From an uncultured bacterium (GTDB lineage Bacteria; SAR324; XYD2-FULL-50-16), in NCBI GenBank assembly GCA_965602905.1, contig CBFCZY010000003.1:86064-150063 (forward strand): a DNA stretch of 64,000 bases, in the 5' to 3' direction. Position 1 is the stretch's first letter. Every line of letters begins with the position of its first letter. Made by a program: the position numbers and the translations under genes. The notes under the pieces were generated by a model. The model made no database searches. It worked only from the letters and a program-made list of their open reading frames with translations, and was not told the origin of the DNA. Shown piece after piece: positions 28,417-39,443 of this stretch.

Positions 28417-29171
28417 TGAAAGAACGATTACAGAAAATTTTAGCTCAAGCAGGCGTGGCAAGTCGCCGTGGTTCCGAGGAATTTATTACTCGAGGCATGG
28501 TTGAAGTTAACGGAGAGATGGTTACAGAGCTAGGGGCTAAGGCCGACCCTGAAGTCGACGACATTCGTGTGAGCGGAAAAAAACTGAGACTGAATCAAGA
28601 GAAAGTTGTTTATGCGCTGTATAAACCAAAATCTGTTGTGACTACCTTGAAAGACCCAGAAGGCAGAAAAACAGTCGCTGACTATATACCCCATTCAAAA
28701 GATAGGTTATTTCCTGTCGGTAGGTTGGACTATGATGCAGAAGGTTTGATTTTACTAACCAACGATGGCGACTTGGCCCAAGAACTAATGCACCCTTCAG
28801 GGCATGTTTGGAAGGAATACCTCGTAAAAATTAAGGGAAATATCACCCAAGAAGTCATGGCTAAGTTGGCCCGAGGCCCAGTGCTAGATGGAAAAAAGAA
28901 AAAACCCTGCAAAATTAAATTGATCCACTACAAAGGCGATAAATCTTGGTTGAGTGTCAGCTTGCAAGAGGGGATAAAGCACCAGATTAAAAGAATGTTT
29001 CTTTATGAAGGTCACCCCGTTAGTAAAATTAAGCGGATCAAAATTGGCAATATCATTGCTGGTGATTTGGAGACAGGTCAAAGTAGACTCTTGACTCTAG
29101 AAGAGGTACAAGGATTAAGAGATTTGATTGCAGAAAAAAAACCTAAAAAAGTAGTAAAGAAGAAATCCTAA
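28416..29171 (+). CDS. rluB: 23S rRNA pseudouridine synthase (RluB/RsuA family, S4 domain)
   Basis: S4 N-terminus (RLQKILAQAGVASRR), the catalytic VGRLDYDAEGLILLTNDG block, and a Lys-rich tail. Confidence 0.85.
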   Translation: MKERLQKILAQAGVASRRGSEEFITRGMVEVNGEMVTELGAKADPEVDDIRVSGKKLRLNQEKVVYALYKPKSVVTTLKDPEGRKTVADYIPHSKDRLFPVGRLDYDAEGLILLTNDGDLAQELMHPSGHVWKEYLVKIKGNITQEVMAKLARGPVLDGKKKKPCKIKLIHYKGDKSWLSVSLQEGIKHQIKRMFLYEGHPVSKIKRIKIGNIIAGDLETGQSRLLTLEEVQGLRDLIAEKKPKKVVKKKS

Positions 29172-29731
29172 TGTTGAGATTTGGACTGAGCAAATTAAAA
29201 ACGCCCTTATTCAGCTTTCTACTGGTTTGCCTATTGGCTAGCCCTGCCCAAGCAGAGTATAGAGGTTATTTGATCGAAGTTTATGATCATATTTTACAGA
29301 AAAAATGGGATGCAGCCACAGGTTTTGATCCACAGCACTATGTGGTAACTCACGGCGGTGGTAACAGGCTGAGCGTGTTATTGAAGGCCACTTGGGTTTG
29401 TTACGGTGATACAGGTCACTATACTCCAACCTGCCCCATGCCCGCCGCTAAAGAACCTAAATTTAAGCTTGGTGAAGTTGTAGAAATTGGTCTATCCAAA
29501 CATATGACGGAAGGTTGGCGAGGAAAGGTGGAATTATCCCTATGGCGCAGTGACCTGAAAGCCAATGTTTACGGTATCCGCTTTGGTGATAAAAAACAGA
29601 TGTATGGCCGCTACTACGAATTCAATTTGAAAAAAACTGTTTCTGAAACACCAGCCGCCACGGAAGCGGAGGGGGAAACAGTACCACTCCAAGGCCCCGA
29701 TGCTGCTAACCCAGCCGCTCCTGCGCCATAA
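29171..29731 (+). CDS. secreted protein of unknown function
   Basis: Signal peptide ending AQA. Pro/Ala-rich C-terminus. Confidence 0.5.
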   Translation: MLRFGLSKLKTPLFSFLLVCLLASPAQAEYRGYLIEVYDHILQKKWDAATGFDPQHYVVTHGGGNRLSVLLKATWVCYGDTGHYTPTCPMPAAKEPKFKLGEVVEIGLSKHMTEGWRGKVELSLWRSDLKANVYGIRFGDKKQMYGRYYEFNLKKTVSETPAATEAEGETVPLQGPDAANPAAPAP

Positions 29732-29751
29732 TTTTAGCAAAAGACGATACC

Positions 29752-30462
29752 ATGGCCTTTGAAATTCCACAGGACGAAGAAAAATACCAATATGTACAGT
29801 CTCGCTTTAGCGCTATTGCCGCAAAGTATGACCTTTTTAACGATCTCATCACCCAAGGCATGCACCGCTATTGGAAAAATTGTGTTCGAGATGCCGCTCA
29901 ACTAAATGAAGGGGACCAGGCCTTGGATATCTGTTGCGGAACAGGGGATATCACCATGCGCCTTCGGGAAAAAACAGGGGATACAGGTTTGACGGTCGGT
30001 CTGGATTTTTCTCATGGTATGCTAGATACAGCTCGGACTCGTGGGCTTCAAGATGGCTGTTTACTAGTCCAAGGTGACGCGACCAAATTACCCTTTGCTG
30101 ATGCCTCCTTCGACGCTATTACAGTGGGTTATGGGCTTAGAAATCTAGTGGATATTAATGCAGGTTTGAAGGAAGTTTATCGGATTTTAAAGCCAGGCGG
30201 TCGGTTCATTTCTTTGGACATGGGAAAGGTGAAAAATCCTTTGGTTCGTGGGGTCTTTGATTTTTACTTCTTCCAGATTGTTCCTCGAATTGGCAAGGCT
30301 CTTTATCCCAATGAAGATATGTTTGATTATTTCCCTCAATCGGCAGTGGAATATCCTTCCCAAGAAAAACTAAAAGAAATGTTAGAGACGGTTGGCTTCC
30401 CTCAAGTGAATTTCACCAATTATCACTTCGGTGGCGTGGTGATGCACATTGCTGAGAAGTAA
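29752..30462 (+). CDS. ubiE: demethylmenaquinone/ubiquinone C-methyltransferase
   Basis: SAM motif LDICCGTGD and the UbiE family blocks YDLFND and YGLRN. Confidence 0.85.
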   Translation: MAFEIPQDEEKYQYVQSRFSAIAAKYDLFNDLITQGMHRYWKNCVRDAAQLNEGDQALDICCGTGDITMRLREKTGDTGLTVGLDFSHGMLDTARTRGLQDGCLLVQGDATKLPFADASFDAITVGYGLRNLVDINAGLKEVYRILKPGGRFISLDMGKVKNPLVRGVFDFYFFQIVPRIGKALYPNEDMFDYFPQSAVEYPSQEKLKEMLETVGFPQVNFTNYHFGGVVMHIAEK

Positions 30463-30520
30463 ACTGCGAAGAAGCAAGCAGCAAAAAGACAGAATCTAAT
30501 GTCTGCCCTTTGGAAATAGA

Positions 30521-30570
30521 GCAAAAAAAAACCCGCAAGAAAAAGAATTTCTTGTGGGTTTTTGTTTTTT
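30521..30570. terminator. bidirectional Rho-independent terminator between convergent ubiE and the TPR gene
   Basis: ACCCGCAAGAAA-aagaa-TTTCTTGTGGGT forms a 12-bp stem with one G-U pair. An A9 run lies upstream and TTTTGTTTTTT downstream. Confidence 0.7.
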
Positions 30571-30585
30571 AAGTACGGGGGGTAT

Positions 30586-32319
30586 TTATTCTCTTTCCTT
30601 TTCCTTTTCAAATTTTCGCATTTTCTCTTCATGCTCAACCATCTTTTCCCAACGGGAAATTAGGCTTTGTAGGTCTTCGGTTTTCTTTAAGCCCTTATAG
30701 ATTCCAGCAAGCTGCATAAACACTTGCTTATCAACCTTCATACGTAAGGCGCTTTCTAGATGTTGGATCGCTTTCAAATAGTTTTTTGTCTTCATACAGA
30801 CTTTGGCTTCGGCAATTAACTTTTGTCGCTCCGCTTCCGTCTCAGCATTTTTGATCTCATCCATCATGGCTCGGTATTCATCTAAGTACTCTTCTTCCTT
30901 TTCTGCTTGTTTGAGTTGCCCGTAAATAGCGGCAGCTTTTTTAACAGTTTCAGGGTAACGCTTGATACCTAATGCCTTGTGGATATAGTCAGCAGCAGGC
31001 TTATATTTCATACCTTGGGTCAGTTCTTCTGCTTTATGAAAGAAGTAATCGTGTACTTCTTTGATCTTTTTAACAGCATCTTTATTGTCTGGATCCTGTT
31101 CTAAAAGCTTTTTATAACATTTAGAAGCTTCGTCCCACTTTTTTGTCTCTTGGTAAACTTGTCCCATCCTTAGCCAAAGCATTGCATCAGGATTTTCGGT
31201 ACAGGCAATTTTATAGAAATTTAAGGCTTTTTTCATATTGCCTTCGTCAAAGGATTGGTGAGCAAGCTTCACCAGTTCTTTCATACTATAAATTCCGCCT
31301 GATTTCTCTAGTAAACTAGCAGTTTTGATCAAGTATTTTGTCGCTAAAAACTTCTTGCCCGCTTTGCGGTACATAAGCCCAAGGTTGACGTTATTAAAGC
31401 GGTTATATTCATTTTCAGCAAGTATACGGGACATATCTTTGATAGCCGCTTCAAGCTTACCTGTCTTGGCTAAAATGATGTTCTGAATCAAAATTTTATA
31501 ATCAAAATCACCTGTAGATAGTCGACTGAGTGCATCTGAGGCAATGTCAAACTTATCATTTTGCACGCAGTAAAGAGCCAAGTTATACATGTGATTATTG
31601 GCGTTCATAGCGTCATTTTCAATCAACCGCTGGAAGGCATCTATAAAGTCGTTTACCTGTGCAGAAAGGGGCTCTTTCCTTAATTTTTTAATATCTAAAT
31701 CAAGTCCTGCAGCTTCAACCGTTGCACCTTCATTTAGTTTTTCTTCCTTGGTGAGTTGTAACTCTTGGATCTTTTCATTGATCTGGATCTCTTTCTTGCT
31801 TTCAATTTCTTGGCCCATCACCTCTAAGAGGTTTTCTGGTCCGACAAGATCTGGGTATTTATAGTCGGTAACTGATTCAAAAACATCCAAAGAGCTGGAA
31901 ACGGCATCATCGTACTTATCAACTCTAGCCATGCAAGCTGCCAAGTTATAAAAGGCAGGTTCATAGTTCTTTTTGGCTTTTAAGGCTAATTTATAAAGGC
32001 CTTCAGCTTGTTGGTAGTTTTCCAATTCACGGGCATAGTTCCCGAGCTTGTTTGCAAGTTCGAAATCTGAGTTATCAATTTTGATTAAATTTAAGCCAAT
32101 GGAAAGAGCGCTTTCAAGGTTACCACCATTAGCAAAGTTACCCAACTCATTCTTAAGGCGAGGATAGACTTCGTCCTTGTTGAGTTTCATGGCCTTATCA
32201 AATTCGATGAGAGCACCATTGTAAAACTTTTCCGTCAGCATTTTCATACCGTCGGCTAAGTGTTGGTCCACTTGTTCTTTGATTTGGACTTCTTTACTCT
32301 TTAAAAAGCCTTTTAACAT
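30586..32319 (-). CDS. TPR-repeat protein with a charged coiled-coil C-terminus
   Basis: Multiple 34-residue TPR-like repeats (W-LG-Y-A-F-P patterns). Lys/Glu-rich tail. Confidence 0.65.
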   Translation of the reverse strand: MLKGFLKSKEVQIKEQVDQHLADGMKMLTEKFYNGALIEFDKAMKLNKDEVYPRLKNELGNFANGGNLESALSIGLNLIKIDNSDFELANKLGNYARELENYQQAEGLYKLALKAKKNYEPAFYNLAACMARVDKYDDAVSSSLDVFESVTDYKYPDLVGPENLLEVMGQEIESKKEIQINEKIQELQLTKEEKLNEGATVEAAGLDLDIKKLRKEPLSAQVNDFIDAFQRLIENDAMNANNHMYNLALYCVQNDKFDIASDALSRLSTGDFDYKILIQNIILAKTGKLEAAIKDMSRILAENEYNRFNNVNLGLMYRKAGKKFLATKYLIKTASLLEKSGGIYSMKELVKLAHQSFDEGNMKKALNFYKIACTENPDAMLWLRMGQVYQETKKWDEASKCYKKLLEQDPDNKDAVKKIKEVHDYFFHKAEELTQGMKYKPAADYIHKALGIKRYPETVKKAAAIYGQLKQAEKEEEYLDEYRAMMDEIKNAETEAERQKLIAEAKVCMKTKNYLKAIQHLESALRMKVDKQVFMQLAGIYKGLKKTEDLQSLISRWEKMVEHEEKMRKFEKEKERE

Positions 32320-32444
32320 GTTTGGGGGCTGTATCTAATGTGGTTTGAAAGCATAGTGTATATTTATATCAGTCTAAAATTAAATTGCCCATTAAAAAAA
32401 ATGGCCTTGGCTTTTGTGTTGCTAGTGCACTGTTATAAAAAGTT

Positions 32445-33818
32445 TTATTGAACGGTTGGCACAGAGATATTTAAAGCGATAACTTTTTTATCCAATTCAT
32501 TTCGCGCAATTTTAAGCGTGGTCGCAGTTTTATCCAGATTCCAAGAATTTTTCTTTAAAGATTCTTTAATAAACTGGCCTTCAAAGGCAATTAAAGCCTC
32601 TTCTAACTCTGGGGGAAGGTTACCAAGTTGCAAGACCTCGCTAGTAGCCATTCTAACAACAGGGGGCACGTTTTCCAACTGGATCAGATCGCCCTTTACC
32701 ATGATAACCATACGCTCAACAATATTTTTGAGTTCCCTAATATTACCTGGCCAGTGGTATTGGAGCAAACAGTCTAATGCATCTGCTGAGAATTGTTTTT
32801 TAGCAAAACCTTGAGACTCACTCAACTGGGTTAAAAAATGATCTGACAAAACTTCAATGTCTTCGGTTCTAGTCTTTAAAGGGGGGATCTCAATGGGAAT
32901 CACATTGAGCCTGTAAAAAAGATCTTCTCTAAAGTTACCGGCAACGATTTCCCGCTCTAAGTCTTTATTGGTCGCTGCAATGATCCTTAAATCCACTTCA
33001 TGGGTTTCGTTACTGCCTAAACTTTCGTACTGTAATTCTTGCAAAACACGCAATATCTTAGCTTGAGTTTTGATGCTCATATCCCCAATTTCATCTAAGA
33101 ATAGAGTTCCCCCTTGGGCTTGGGCAAATTTACCAAGTTTAGACCTTGTGGCACCAACAAAGGCACCCTTTTCGTAACCAAAAAGCTCAGACTCAATCAT
33201 TTCATCGGGAATAGCAGCACAGTTGATAGCCACAAAAGGCTCATTTTGGCGCTTACTTTGGAGGTGAATTTGCTTGGCAACTAATTCCTTGCCCGTGCCA
33301 TTTTCGCCCTTAATCAAAACCCACCCATCTGTGGGTGCCGCTTGGTTTATCTCTTCTAAAACAGACTTGATAGCAGATGAAGATCCAATAATTTCAGCGG
33401 ACTCCACCATAGTTTGCATTTTGAGTAAGCGGTTTTCTTCTTCTAAGGCCTTTTCTTTTAAAGCGTGCTTTAAGGTAATCAGAAGCTTTTCCAAAGAAAG
33501 GGGTTTTTCGATAAAATCGTAAGCACCTTTTTTAGTTGCCTTTACAGCCGTTTCGATGTTGCCATGGCCACTCATCATGATAACAGGGAATTCCTCTTCC
33601 CTTGATTTAAACCAATCTAAAAGGGTTAACCCGTCCATTCCAGGCATCCAAATGTCGATTAAAGCTGCCGAAATTTGAGTCTCATTTTGACTGAAGAGCA
33701 TTTGCGTTTCTTCGGCGCTGTGAGTTGTGACAGTTTTGTAGCCTTCATCGGCTAGAATTTCTTGTAAGCTGTCACAGATGCTTGTTTCATCATCAACAAT
33801 CAGGATGGTTTCAGTCAT
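32445..33818 (-). CDS. sigma-54-dependent response regulator (NtrX/NtrC-like)
   Basis: Receiver (ILIVDDE...DIWMPGMDG), AAA+ ([14 protein letters not shown]) and a C-terminal HTH. Confidence 0.85.
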   Translation of the reverse strand: MTETILIVDDETSICDSLQEILADEGYKTVTTHSAEETQMLFSQNETQISAALIDIWMPGMDGLTLLDWFKSREEEFPVIMMSGHGNIETAVKATKKGAYDFIEKPLSLEKLLITLKHALKEKALEEENRLLKMQTMVESAEIIGSSSAIKSVLEEINQAAPTDGWVLIKGENGTGKELVAKQIHLQSKRQNEPFVAINCAAIPDEMIESELFGYEKGAFVGATRSKLGKFAQAQGGTLFLDEIGDMSIKTQAKILRVLQELQYESLGSNETHEVDLRIIAATNKDLEREIVAGNFREDLFYRLNVIPIEIPPLKTRTEDIEVLSDHFLTQLSESQGFAKKQFSADALDCLLQYHWPGNIRELKNIVERMVIMVKGDLIQLENVPPVVRMATSEVLQLGNLPPELEEALIAFEGQFIKESLKKNSWNLDKTATTLKIARNELDKKVIALNISVPTVQ

Positions 33819-33831
33819 AATTTATCTTAAT

Positions 33832-36036
33832 TTAAACGGGTAATTCGATGATGCATTTTGCACCCTTATGGGTACCATTATCAATATTTTCCATGCGGAT
33901 AAAGCCTCCGTGATCTTCAATGATCTGTTGCACGATGGCAAGTCCCAATCCAGTACCTTCTTTTTTTGTAGTTACGTAAGGGTCGAATATTCGCTTTAAA
34001 ACCTCTACAGGAATGCCGCCACCTGTATCAGAGATTTCGATAGCAATGGTTTTCAGATTGGTAATAAACCGGCTGGTAATGGTTAAAACCCCTTCTTCAT
34101 CGCCCATAGCAGCTATTGCGTTGTCTATAAGATTGGTGAAAACTCGCTTCATTTGTTCTCGGTCGAGCAAAAACTGGGGTAGATCAGGGGTCAAGTCCAG
34201 CTTTGAACTTAAATTTACAGGTAGGCCAGTGGCAAAAAGTTGGTGCACCTCTTGGATAACCTGGTTGATATTGCCAGGTGTTGTATTGATTTCAGGTAAT
34301 CTAGCAAATTTACTAAACTCATTTACCATGTTTTTGAGGTGATTGACCTCGTTAATGATGGTTTCTGTGCAACTATCTAGTAAATCCCCCTCTTCTCGCT
34401 CCTCTTTCAAGTATTTTCTTCTTATTCTCTGGGCCGAAAGTTGGATGGGGGTCAATGGGTTTTTTATTTCATGGGCAATTCTGCGGGCAACTTCACGCCA
34501 TGCCCTTGCTCGAGTCAGCCTATCTAATTCAGTCAAATCATTCACTACCAACAGGCGGCCAATGGGGTCAGATGTAGGGCTGGTAAGTTGGTATAACTGC
34601 ATGTGGAAATGCATGGGCTTTTTGTTTACTGAAACATGAGCCTCTTTGGAGACATGAGTAATGTTGTTTGCAGTAAGCTGTTCGTTTAAAACCTCAAAAA
34701 TTTCCAACTCGTCTTTGGATAGAATACTTTTGTAATGTTTTCCAATGATCTGTTTGTGTTTGATTTTTGAAAGCTGGATCATGTGGGGGTTGATTCCCTT
34801 AACATAGCCCGAAATATCAATAAAAAAGATTCCTGACTGGATATTTTGTAAGACCAACTCAACAAAAATGTTTCTCTCTTCTAAATTTCTGTTTGAGTTC
34901 ACCAACTCCTCTTGCGACTGGGCAAGCTCTTTTCTATTTTGCTGGAGTTGGGTTGTCATGGAGTTAAAAGACTCTAAAAGCATTCCAATCTCATCCCCAC
35001 TTTCTAAGTCAATTTGAAAGTCCAATTCCCCACGGCTAATGCGCTTGGTGCCATCAACTAAGATCTCTAAGGGATCGACAATAGACCGAGCCAGGTAATA
35101 GCCAAACCAGATACTAGAAAAAATAATCAAAAGGCTGAATAGAAGTAAATAAGTAGTGAAATTAGTGCGAATAGGGTCTTCTAACAGGATTAAATTTTTG
35201 TGGTCATCTAAAGATTGCTGGGCTTTTTTAACTTGCTCAAATTCAGTCAAACTTTGGGTTAGCAGGATCTCAAGGTAAAGCCAATTTTTGTGATTTGAAA
35301 CGGGGAAGAGGACCCTCTGGAAGTGGTAGAGGCCCACGGATTCTTGCAATATAATGGGTTCAGGGAAAAAAGCCGCCAAAGGCAGAGGTGAACGCACCTC
35401 AAACCAAAGGTCTTTGATTTTATCTTGGGGGAAATACTTCAGGTTTGCCTGTTGGCTTTTTTCGTACAGGACTATGCCATCAAGCTGGAAATCCTGAACG
35501 TAGTCTTGTAGCAGCTTTGGGGTAATATTGCGCTTGGATGCAAGGTCTTTAGAAATAATCAGCGAGGTCTTTTTTAAACGTCGATTTTCATTGTTGATCA
35601 ATTGCTGGATCGTAGTGTCTGCTTGGCGTAAGCTACTATTAAACTGCCCTTGGAACCAGAAATCCATAGAAGACTGCAAAAAACCATTGGCAATGAAAAA
35701 AAACATCACCATTGGCAGTGCACTTACCAGGATAAAAGCTAAGGTCAGCTTAAATTTGAGGCGGAATCCTACTTGTTTGGCCCTGACCTCATAAATTAGT
35801 TTTATAAGGTTTCGAAGTACGAGTAAGATAGCCAGTAAAAGCAAAACTACGTTTAAATTGATTAAGAAAAAGATCCCTAAGTTGGAATCAATTTTCGACC
35901 AATTTAAAACCTCTTGCTGGTAGAGGTTCATCAATAAAAGACTGATGATGATAATCACCATGGTCGCAATCAGGCCCAGCCTGTTACGAAGCAGTCTTCT
36001 ATGTTCCTCTAAAGCAGCATCACTTTTTACGCCCAT
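33832..36036 (-). CDS. membrane sensor histidine kinase (NtrY-like: TM, HAMP, PAS, HisKA, HATPase)
   Basis: Four N-terminal TM helices, H-box IAHEIKNPLTPI, and the DNAIAAM, DTGGGI and GTGLGLAIV boxes. It sits immediately upstream of its cognate regulator. Confidence 0.8.
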   Translation of the reverse strand: MGVKSDAALEEHRRLLRNRLGLIATMVIIIISLLLMNLYQQEVLNWSKIDSNLGIFFLINLNVVLLLLAILLVLRNLIKLIYEVRAKQVGFRLKFKLTLAFILVSALPMVMFFFIANGFLQSSMDFWFQGQFNSSLRQADTTIQQLINNENRRLKKTSLIISKDLASKRNITPKLLQDYVQDFQLDGIVLYEKSQQANLKYFPQDKIKDLWFEVRSPLPLAAFFPEPIILQESVGLYHFQRVLFPVSNHKNWLYLEILLTQSLTEFEQVKKAQQSLDDHKNLILLEDPIRTNFTTYLLLFSLLIIFSSIWFGYYLARSIVDPLEILVDGTKRISRGELDFQIDLESGDEIGMLLESFNSMTTQLQQNRKELAQSQEELVNSNRNLEERNIFVELVLQNIQSGIFFIDISGYVKGINPHMIQLSKIKHKQIIGKHYKSILSKDELEIFEVLNEQLTANNITHVSKEAHVSVNKKPMHFHMQLYQLTSPTSDPIGRLLVVNDLTELDRLTRARAWREVARRIAHEIKNPLTPIQLSAQRIRRKYLKEEREEGDLLDSCTETIINEVNHLKNMVNEFSKFARLPEINTTPGNINQVIQEVHQLFATGLPVNLSSKLDLTPDLPQFLLDREQMKRVFTNLIDNAIAAMGDEEGVLTITSRFITNLKTIAIEISDTGGGIPVEVLKRIFDPYVTTKKEGTGLGLAIVQQIIEDHGGFIRMENIDNGTHKGAKCIIELPV

Positions 36037-36039
36037 ACT

Positions 36040-37236
36040 TTAATATTCAAACTGCTTGGGCAAAATCACCAGACCGTCGGCAATAAATAGATTCTTTTTA
36101 TCTTCTTCAAGATTGTATCCAATAGATTTATCGTCGCTAATCTTAGCTCTGTGATCAATGATGGTGTTTTTAATTTTGCAGTTTTTCCCGATTTTCACCC
36201 CAGAACAGATGATCGAATCTTGGATGTCGCAACCTTCGCCAATAGTTACATTTCTCCCTATCAAACTATTTTTGATGTTTGAATTAGTTATGCGCGAAGC
36301 ACTGCCAATAGTGGAATTGCTAACACATACTTCTTCTCCACCTAAAAAGGCGCTAGGGAGTTGCTCGCCGATAGTTCGAAGTGGCCATGGCTCAGCCATG
36401 GTTTTTTGGCTATTCACCTTTTTAAGGTAGTCCATATTGGCATCATAGTAGCTGCGGATGGTTCCCACATCTTTCCAATAGTCTCCAAACTTGCTGGTCG
36501 TAAAATCAAAAGATTGTACTTTCATTTTTTGCAGCATGTTGGGGATGATGTTCTTGCCAAAATCGTGGTCTGTTTTTTCTCTCGCATCGGCTGCAAGTTC
36601 ACGGACTAAAGAATCTGTTTTAAAAAGATACACTCCCATATTGATAAAGCAATCATCTCCGTCACCTGGGATTGTGCTAGGGTCTTGTGGCTTTTCAATG
36701 AAGCTATCTACAGCGCCATCTTTATCGGTAGTCAAAACACCAAATTCGTGTGCATCTACCTTTTTAATGGGCATTACTGAGAGGGTTAAATCAGCGCCGC
36801 TATTTACATGTTGGTCGTACATCTCGTTAAAATCCATGTTGTAAATATGGTCGCCACTTAAGATAAAAACATGCTCGGGCCTGTGGTCCTCAAGTAGATG
36901 TAAGTTTTGGAAGATAGCATCGGCGGTACCAGAGTACCAAGCTTCACTAATTCTCTGCTGGGCAGGTACAGCTGTAACAAATTCACCTAGTTCATTGGCT
37001 AAGAAATTCCAGCCTAAACGCAAATGACTTTCTAGGGATAAAGACTTAAATTGAGTCAGCACAAAGATGTGTCTTAGTCCTGAGTTGATACAGCTAGAAA
37101 GGACGTAGTCAATGATCCTAAATCGAGCAGCAAAGGGAACAGCAGGTTTGGACCTATCTCGGGTCAAGGGGTAGAGCCTGCTTCCTTTTCCGCCTGCTAA
37201 AACAAAAGTTAATATATTTTTGCCATGGATGTTCAT
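36040..37236 (-). CDS. glgC: glucose-1-phosphate adenylyltransferase
   Basis: VLAGGKGSRLYPLTRDRSKPAVPF N-terminal motif and the hexapeptide beta-helix C-terminus. Confidence 0.85.
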   Translation of the reverse strand: MNIHGKNILTFVLAGGKGSRLYPLTRDRSKPAVPFAARFRIIDYVLSSCINSGLRHIFVLTQFKSLSLESHLRLGWNFLANELGEFVTAVPAQQRISEAWYSGTADAIFQNLHLLEDHRPEHVFILSGDHIYNMDFNEMYDQHVNSGADLTLSVMPIKKVDAHEFGVLTTDKDGAVDSFIEKPQDPSTIPGDGDDCFINMGVYLFKTDSLVRELAADAREKTDHDFGKNIIPNMLQKMKVQSFDFTTSKFGDYWKDVGTIRSYYDANMDYLKKVNSQKTMAEPWPLRTIGEQLPSAFLGGEEVCVSNSTIGSASRITNSNIKNSLIGRNVTIGEGCDIQDSIICSGVKIGKNCKIKNTIIDHRAKISDDKSIGYNLEEDKKNLFIADGLVILPKQFEY

Positions 37237-37244
37237 TTATTCTC

Positions 37245-37598
37245 CTAACGAATGTGCTGGGCAATTGAGTCTTTAAGCGGCTGTAAGTCACCACTCTTTA
37301 CTATATAATCTGCTGCGCTCCAGGTTAAATAGTTTTCTTTATAATGTGAGAAGGCAGAATGGATAATTACAGGTAACCCCCGATTAGCATTGATTATTTT
37401 TTCTAAGGCTTCAATCCCATCCATTCCTGGCATGCGGATATCTAAAATAACAATGTTAAATTCTTTTTCTTTTAAAATATTCAACCCATCAAAACAACTT
37501 TCAGACGTCACAACGGTATAACCGCTTTCTTGCAACTCTTCTTGGAGTAAGTCTCTCATTACTTCATGGTCATCGATGACTAAAATTTGCTGGCTCAT
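37245..37598 (-). CDS. single-domain CheY-like response regulator
   Basis: 117 aa. ILVIDDHE...DIRMPGMDG. Confidence 0.8.
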   Translation of the reverse strand: MSQQILVIDDHEVMRDLLQEELQESGYTVVTSESCFDGLNILKEKEFNIVILDIRMPGMDGIEALEKIINANRGLPVIIHSAFSHYKENYLTWSAADYIVKSGDLQPLKDSIAQHIR

Positions 37599-37616
37599 TT
37601 TCTACCTCCTGCTGGA

Positions 37617-39368
37617 CTATTGTTGTTTGTAGATGGGGAAATGTACACTGAAGGTTGTGCCCTTCCCAAGACGAGTATTGTATTGCAGTTCGCCTGAATA
37701 CTCACCGACTAATTTCTTTACGATCACCAAGCCTAAGCCCGTTCCTGTGGCTTTTGTGGAAAAGTAAGGTGTATAGAGTTGCCCCTCGGCAGAAGGATCA
37801 ATTCCCGGGCCTGTGTCTTGGATGGCAATGGAAATATGCTCTTCTGTTTTTTTTGCTACAATTAAGAGTAACCCTTCTTCATCCAAAGCTTCAATAGCAT
37901 TCTTTATTAAATTATTTAAGACCTCAAAAAGGTGATGGTCAGGAACTGCAACTAAGGGTAAATCGCCTTGGATATTTAAATTTACTGAAATTTTTCTATT
38001 GCTAATTTCTTCCCCTAAAAGACTAGTAATTTTGTTGATCACCTTAGCTGTATCTGAAAAGTTCCTTTTTTCTGGTGCCTTGCCTAAAGCCTGATCTAAA
38101 ATTCCTGTTAGCACCTTTTCTAAAGTAAGAGCTGTGTCAACAATATGGCCCATACGCTTATAGTGTGGGCTTGTAGGGTCTAGCTTTTTATAAATCCGTG
38201 AGGCGAAGCCACCAATCGCAGCTAAAGGACCCCGAACTTCATGGGCCATTTGATTTAAAAGTTGCCCCTTGGCAGCCATTTTTTCCTGCTCTAATAGTTT
38301 ATTCTGACTTTCTTTGAGTTTGATGTTTACCTCATTACCAGCTGCAATACTCTGTTCAAGCCGACTTAAAATTCGCACAGAAATAATCACGCTACTGGCA
38401 ACCTCAGCAAAATCAATAAAACTTTTTATGTCTTGGTCGTTGATTTTTGTGTCTGTTATTACATTGTCCGCAACCAAGAGACCCACTGAGCGGCCGTGCC
38501 AAACAAGGGGCATGATCAACATGTTATCACTGTTTAGTGTGTTTGCTAACCACTGGTGAGACTCATGGGTTTCTCTTGCAGGGTCATAGTTAAACTCAAG
38601 ATACTTTCTTTGGTACAGGGTCTTTATTAAGATATGATTAATATCTTGCAGATCAATTTGCACAGAACGTATTAAGTCATCTACCCCGTCTTGGTGAGAA
38701 GACTTTTCTTGGGTGAAGAGTCGAATCATTTCATTTAGTGTACTTGGGCCATCTTCATTCAACCTGTGGTAAATAGTTCCAGCTTCCTCTTTGGAGCTAG
38801 GTCCAATAGCTTGGATGCCCTTTAATTTTTTTTCCTGGGTGTCTACTAAAAATAAAAATGCTCGATTGAACCTTAGCCCTTGACCCGAAGTTACTGATAC
38901 CAAAATGGCATCAAAAATATCCTTCATCTCTAGGTCGTTTTGGCTGATTTCAAAAAGGTTGTACTGGTCTAAAATCTGAGATTTTTTATTGTTGGTGTAT
39001 TGTAAAAGTTCGCTGATTTCTGTGACCTTTTCGATGGTAATAAGTTTGTATTTTTTTTCCTCCTGAGTTATAGGATAAAGAGAGAGTAGAGCTTCAACGA
39101 TGACTCCGCTTTTTTGTTTCAGTTTAACTTGGTGGTGGATAATGCTCCCGCCGGGGTTACTTCCCTGAAGATGAACTAAGAAATTTTCTCGGTCGTCTCG
39201 ATAGTCGGGGAGTAAATTTATAAAGTGCTGATTTAAAACATCTTCTTGTGTATACCCAAGGGATACGGTAGCGGCTTCACTCCAGTGAGTGATCTCGTGT
39301 TCGAGATTTAAGAGAAACCAACCTGGGAGTATTTGATCCAGGTTTGAAAAATGTAAATTTTCAATCAT
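37617..39368 (-). CDS. cytoplasmic sensor histidine kinase (PAS, GAF, HisKA, HATPase)
   Basis: H-box MAHEVRGPLAAI plus NLIKNAIEA, DTGPGI and GTGLGLVIV. Confidence 0.8.
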   Translation of the reverse strand: MIENLHFSNLDQILPGWFLLNLEHEITHWSEAATVSLGYTQEDVLNQHFINLLPDYRDDRENFLVHLQGSNPGGSIIHHQVKLKQKSGVIVEALLSLYPITQEEKKYKLITIEKVTEISELLQYTNNKKSQILDQYNLFEISQNDLEMKDIFDAILVSVTSGQGLRFNRAFLFLVDTQEKKLKGIQAIGPSSKEEAGTIYHRLNEDGPSTLNEMIRLFTQEKSSHQDGVDDLIRSVQIDLQDINHILIKTLYQRKYLEFNYDPARETHESHQWLANTLNSDNMLIMPLVWHGRSVGLLVADNVITDTKINDQDIKSFIDFAEVASSVIISVRILSRLEQSIAAGNEVNIKLKESQNKLLEQEKMAAKGQLLNQMAHEVRGPLAAIGGFASRIYKKLDPTSPHYKRMGHIVDTALTLEKVLTGILDQALGKAPEKRNFSDTAKVINKITSLLGEEISNRKISVNLNIQGDLPLVAVPDHHLFEVLNNLIKNAIEALDEEGLLLIVAKKTEEHISIAIQDTGPGIDPSAEGQLYTPYFSTKATGTGLGLVIVKKLVGEYSGELQYNTRLGKGTTFSVHFPIYKQQ

Positions 39369-39443
39369 ACAATAGGGCCTTGAGTTTCTTTGAATATAGT
39401 ATTTTAAGAAGGATTTGTCATCTTTTTGTAATGAATAATTATC

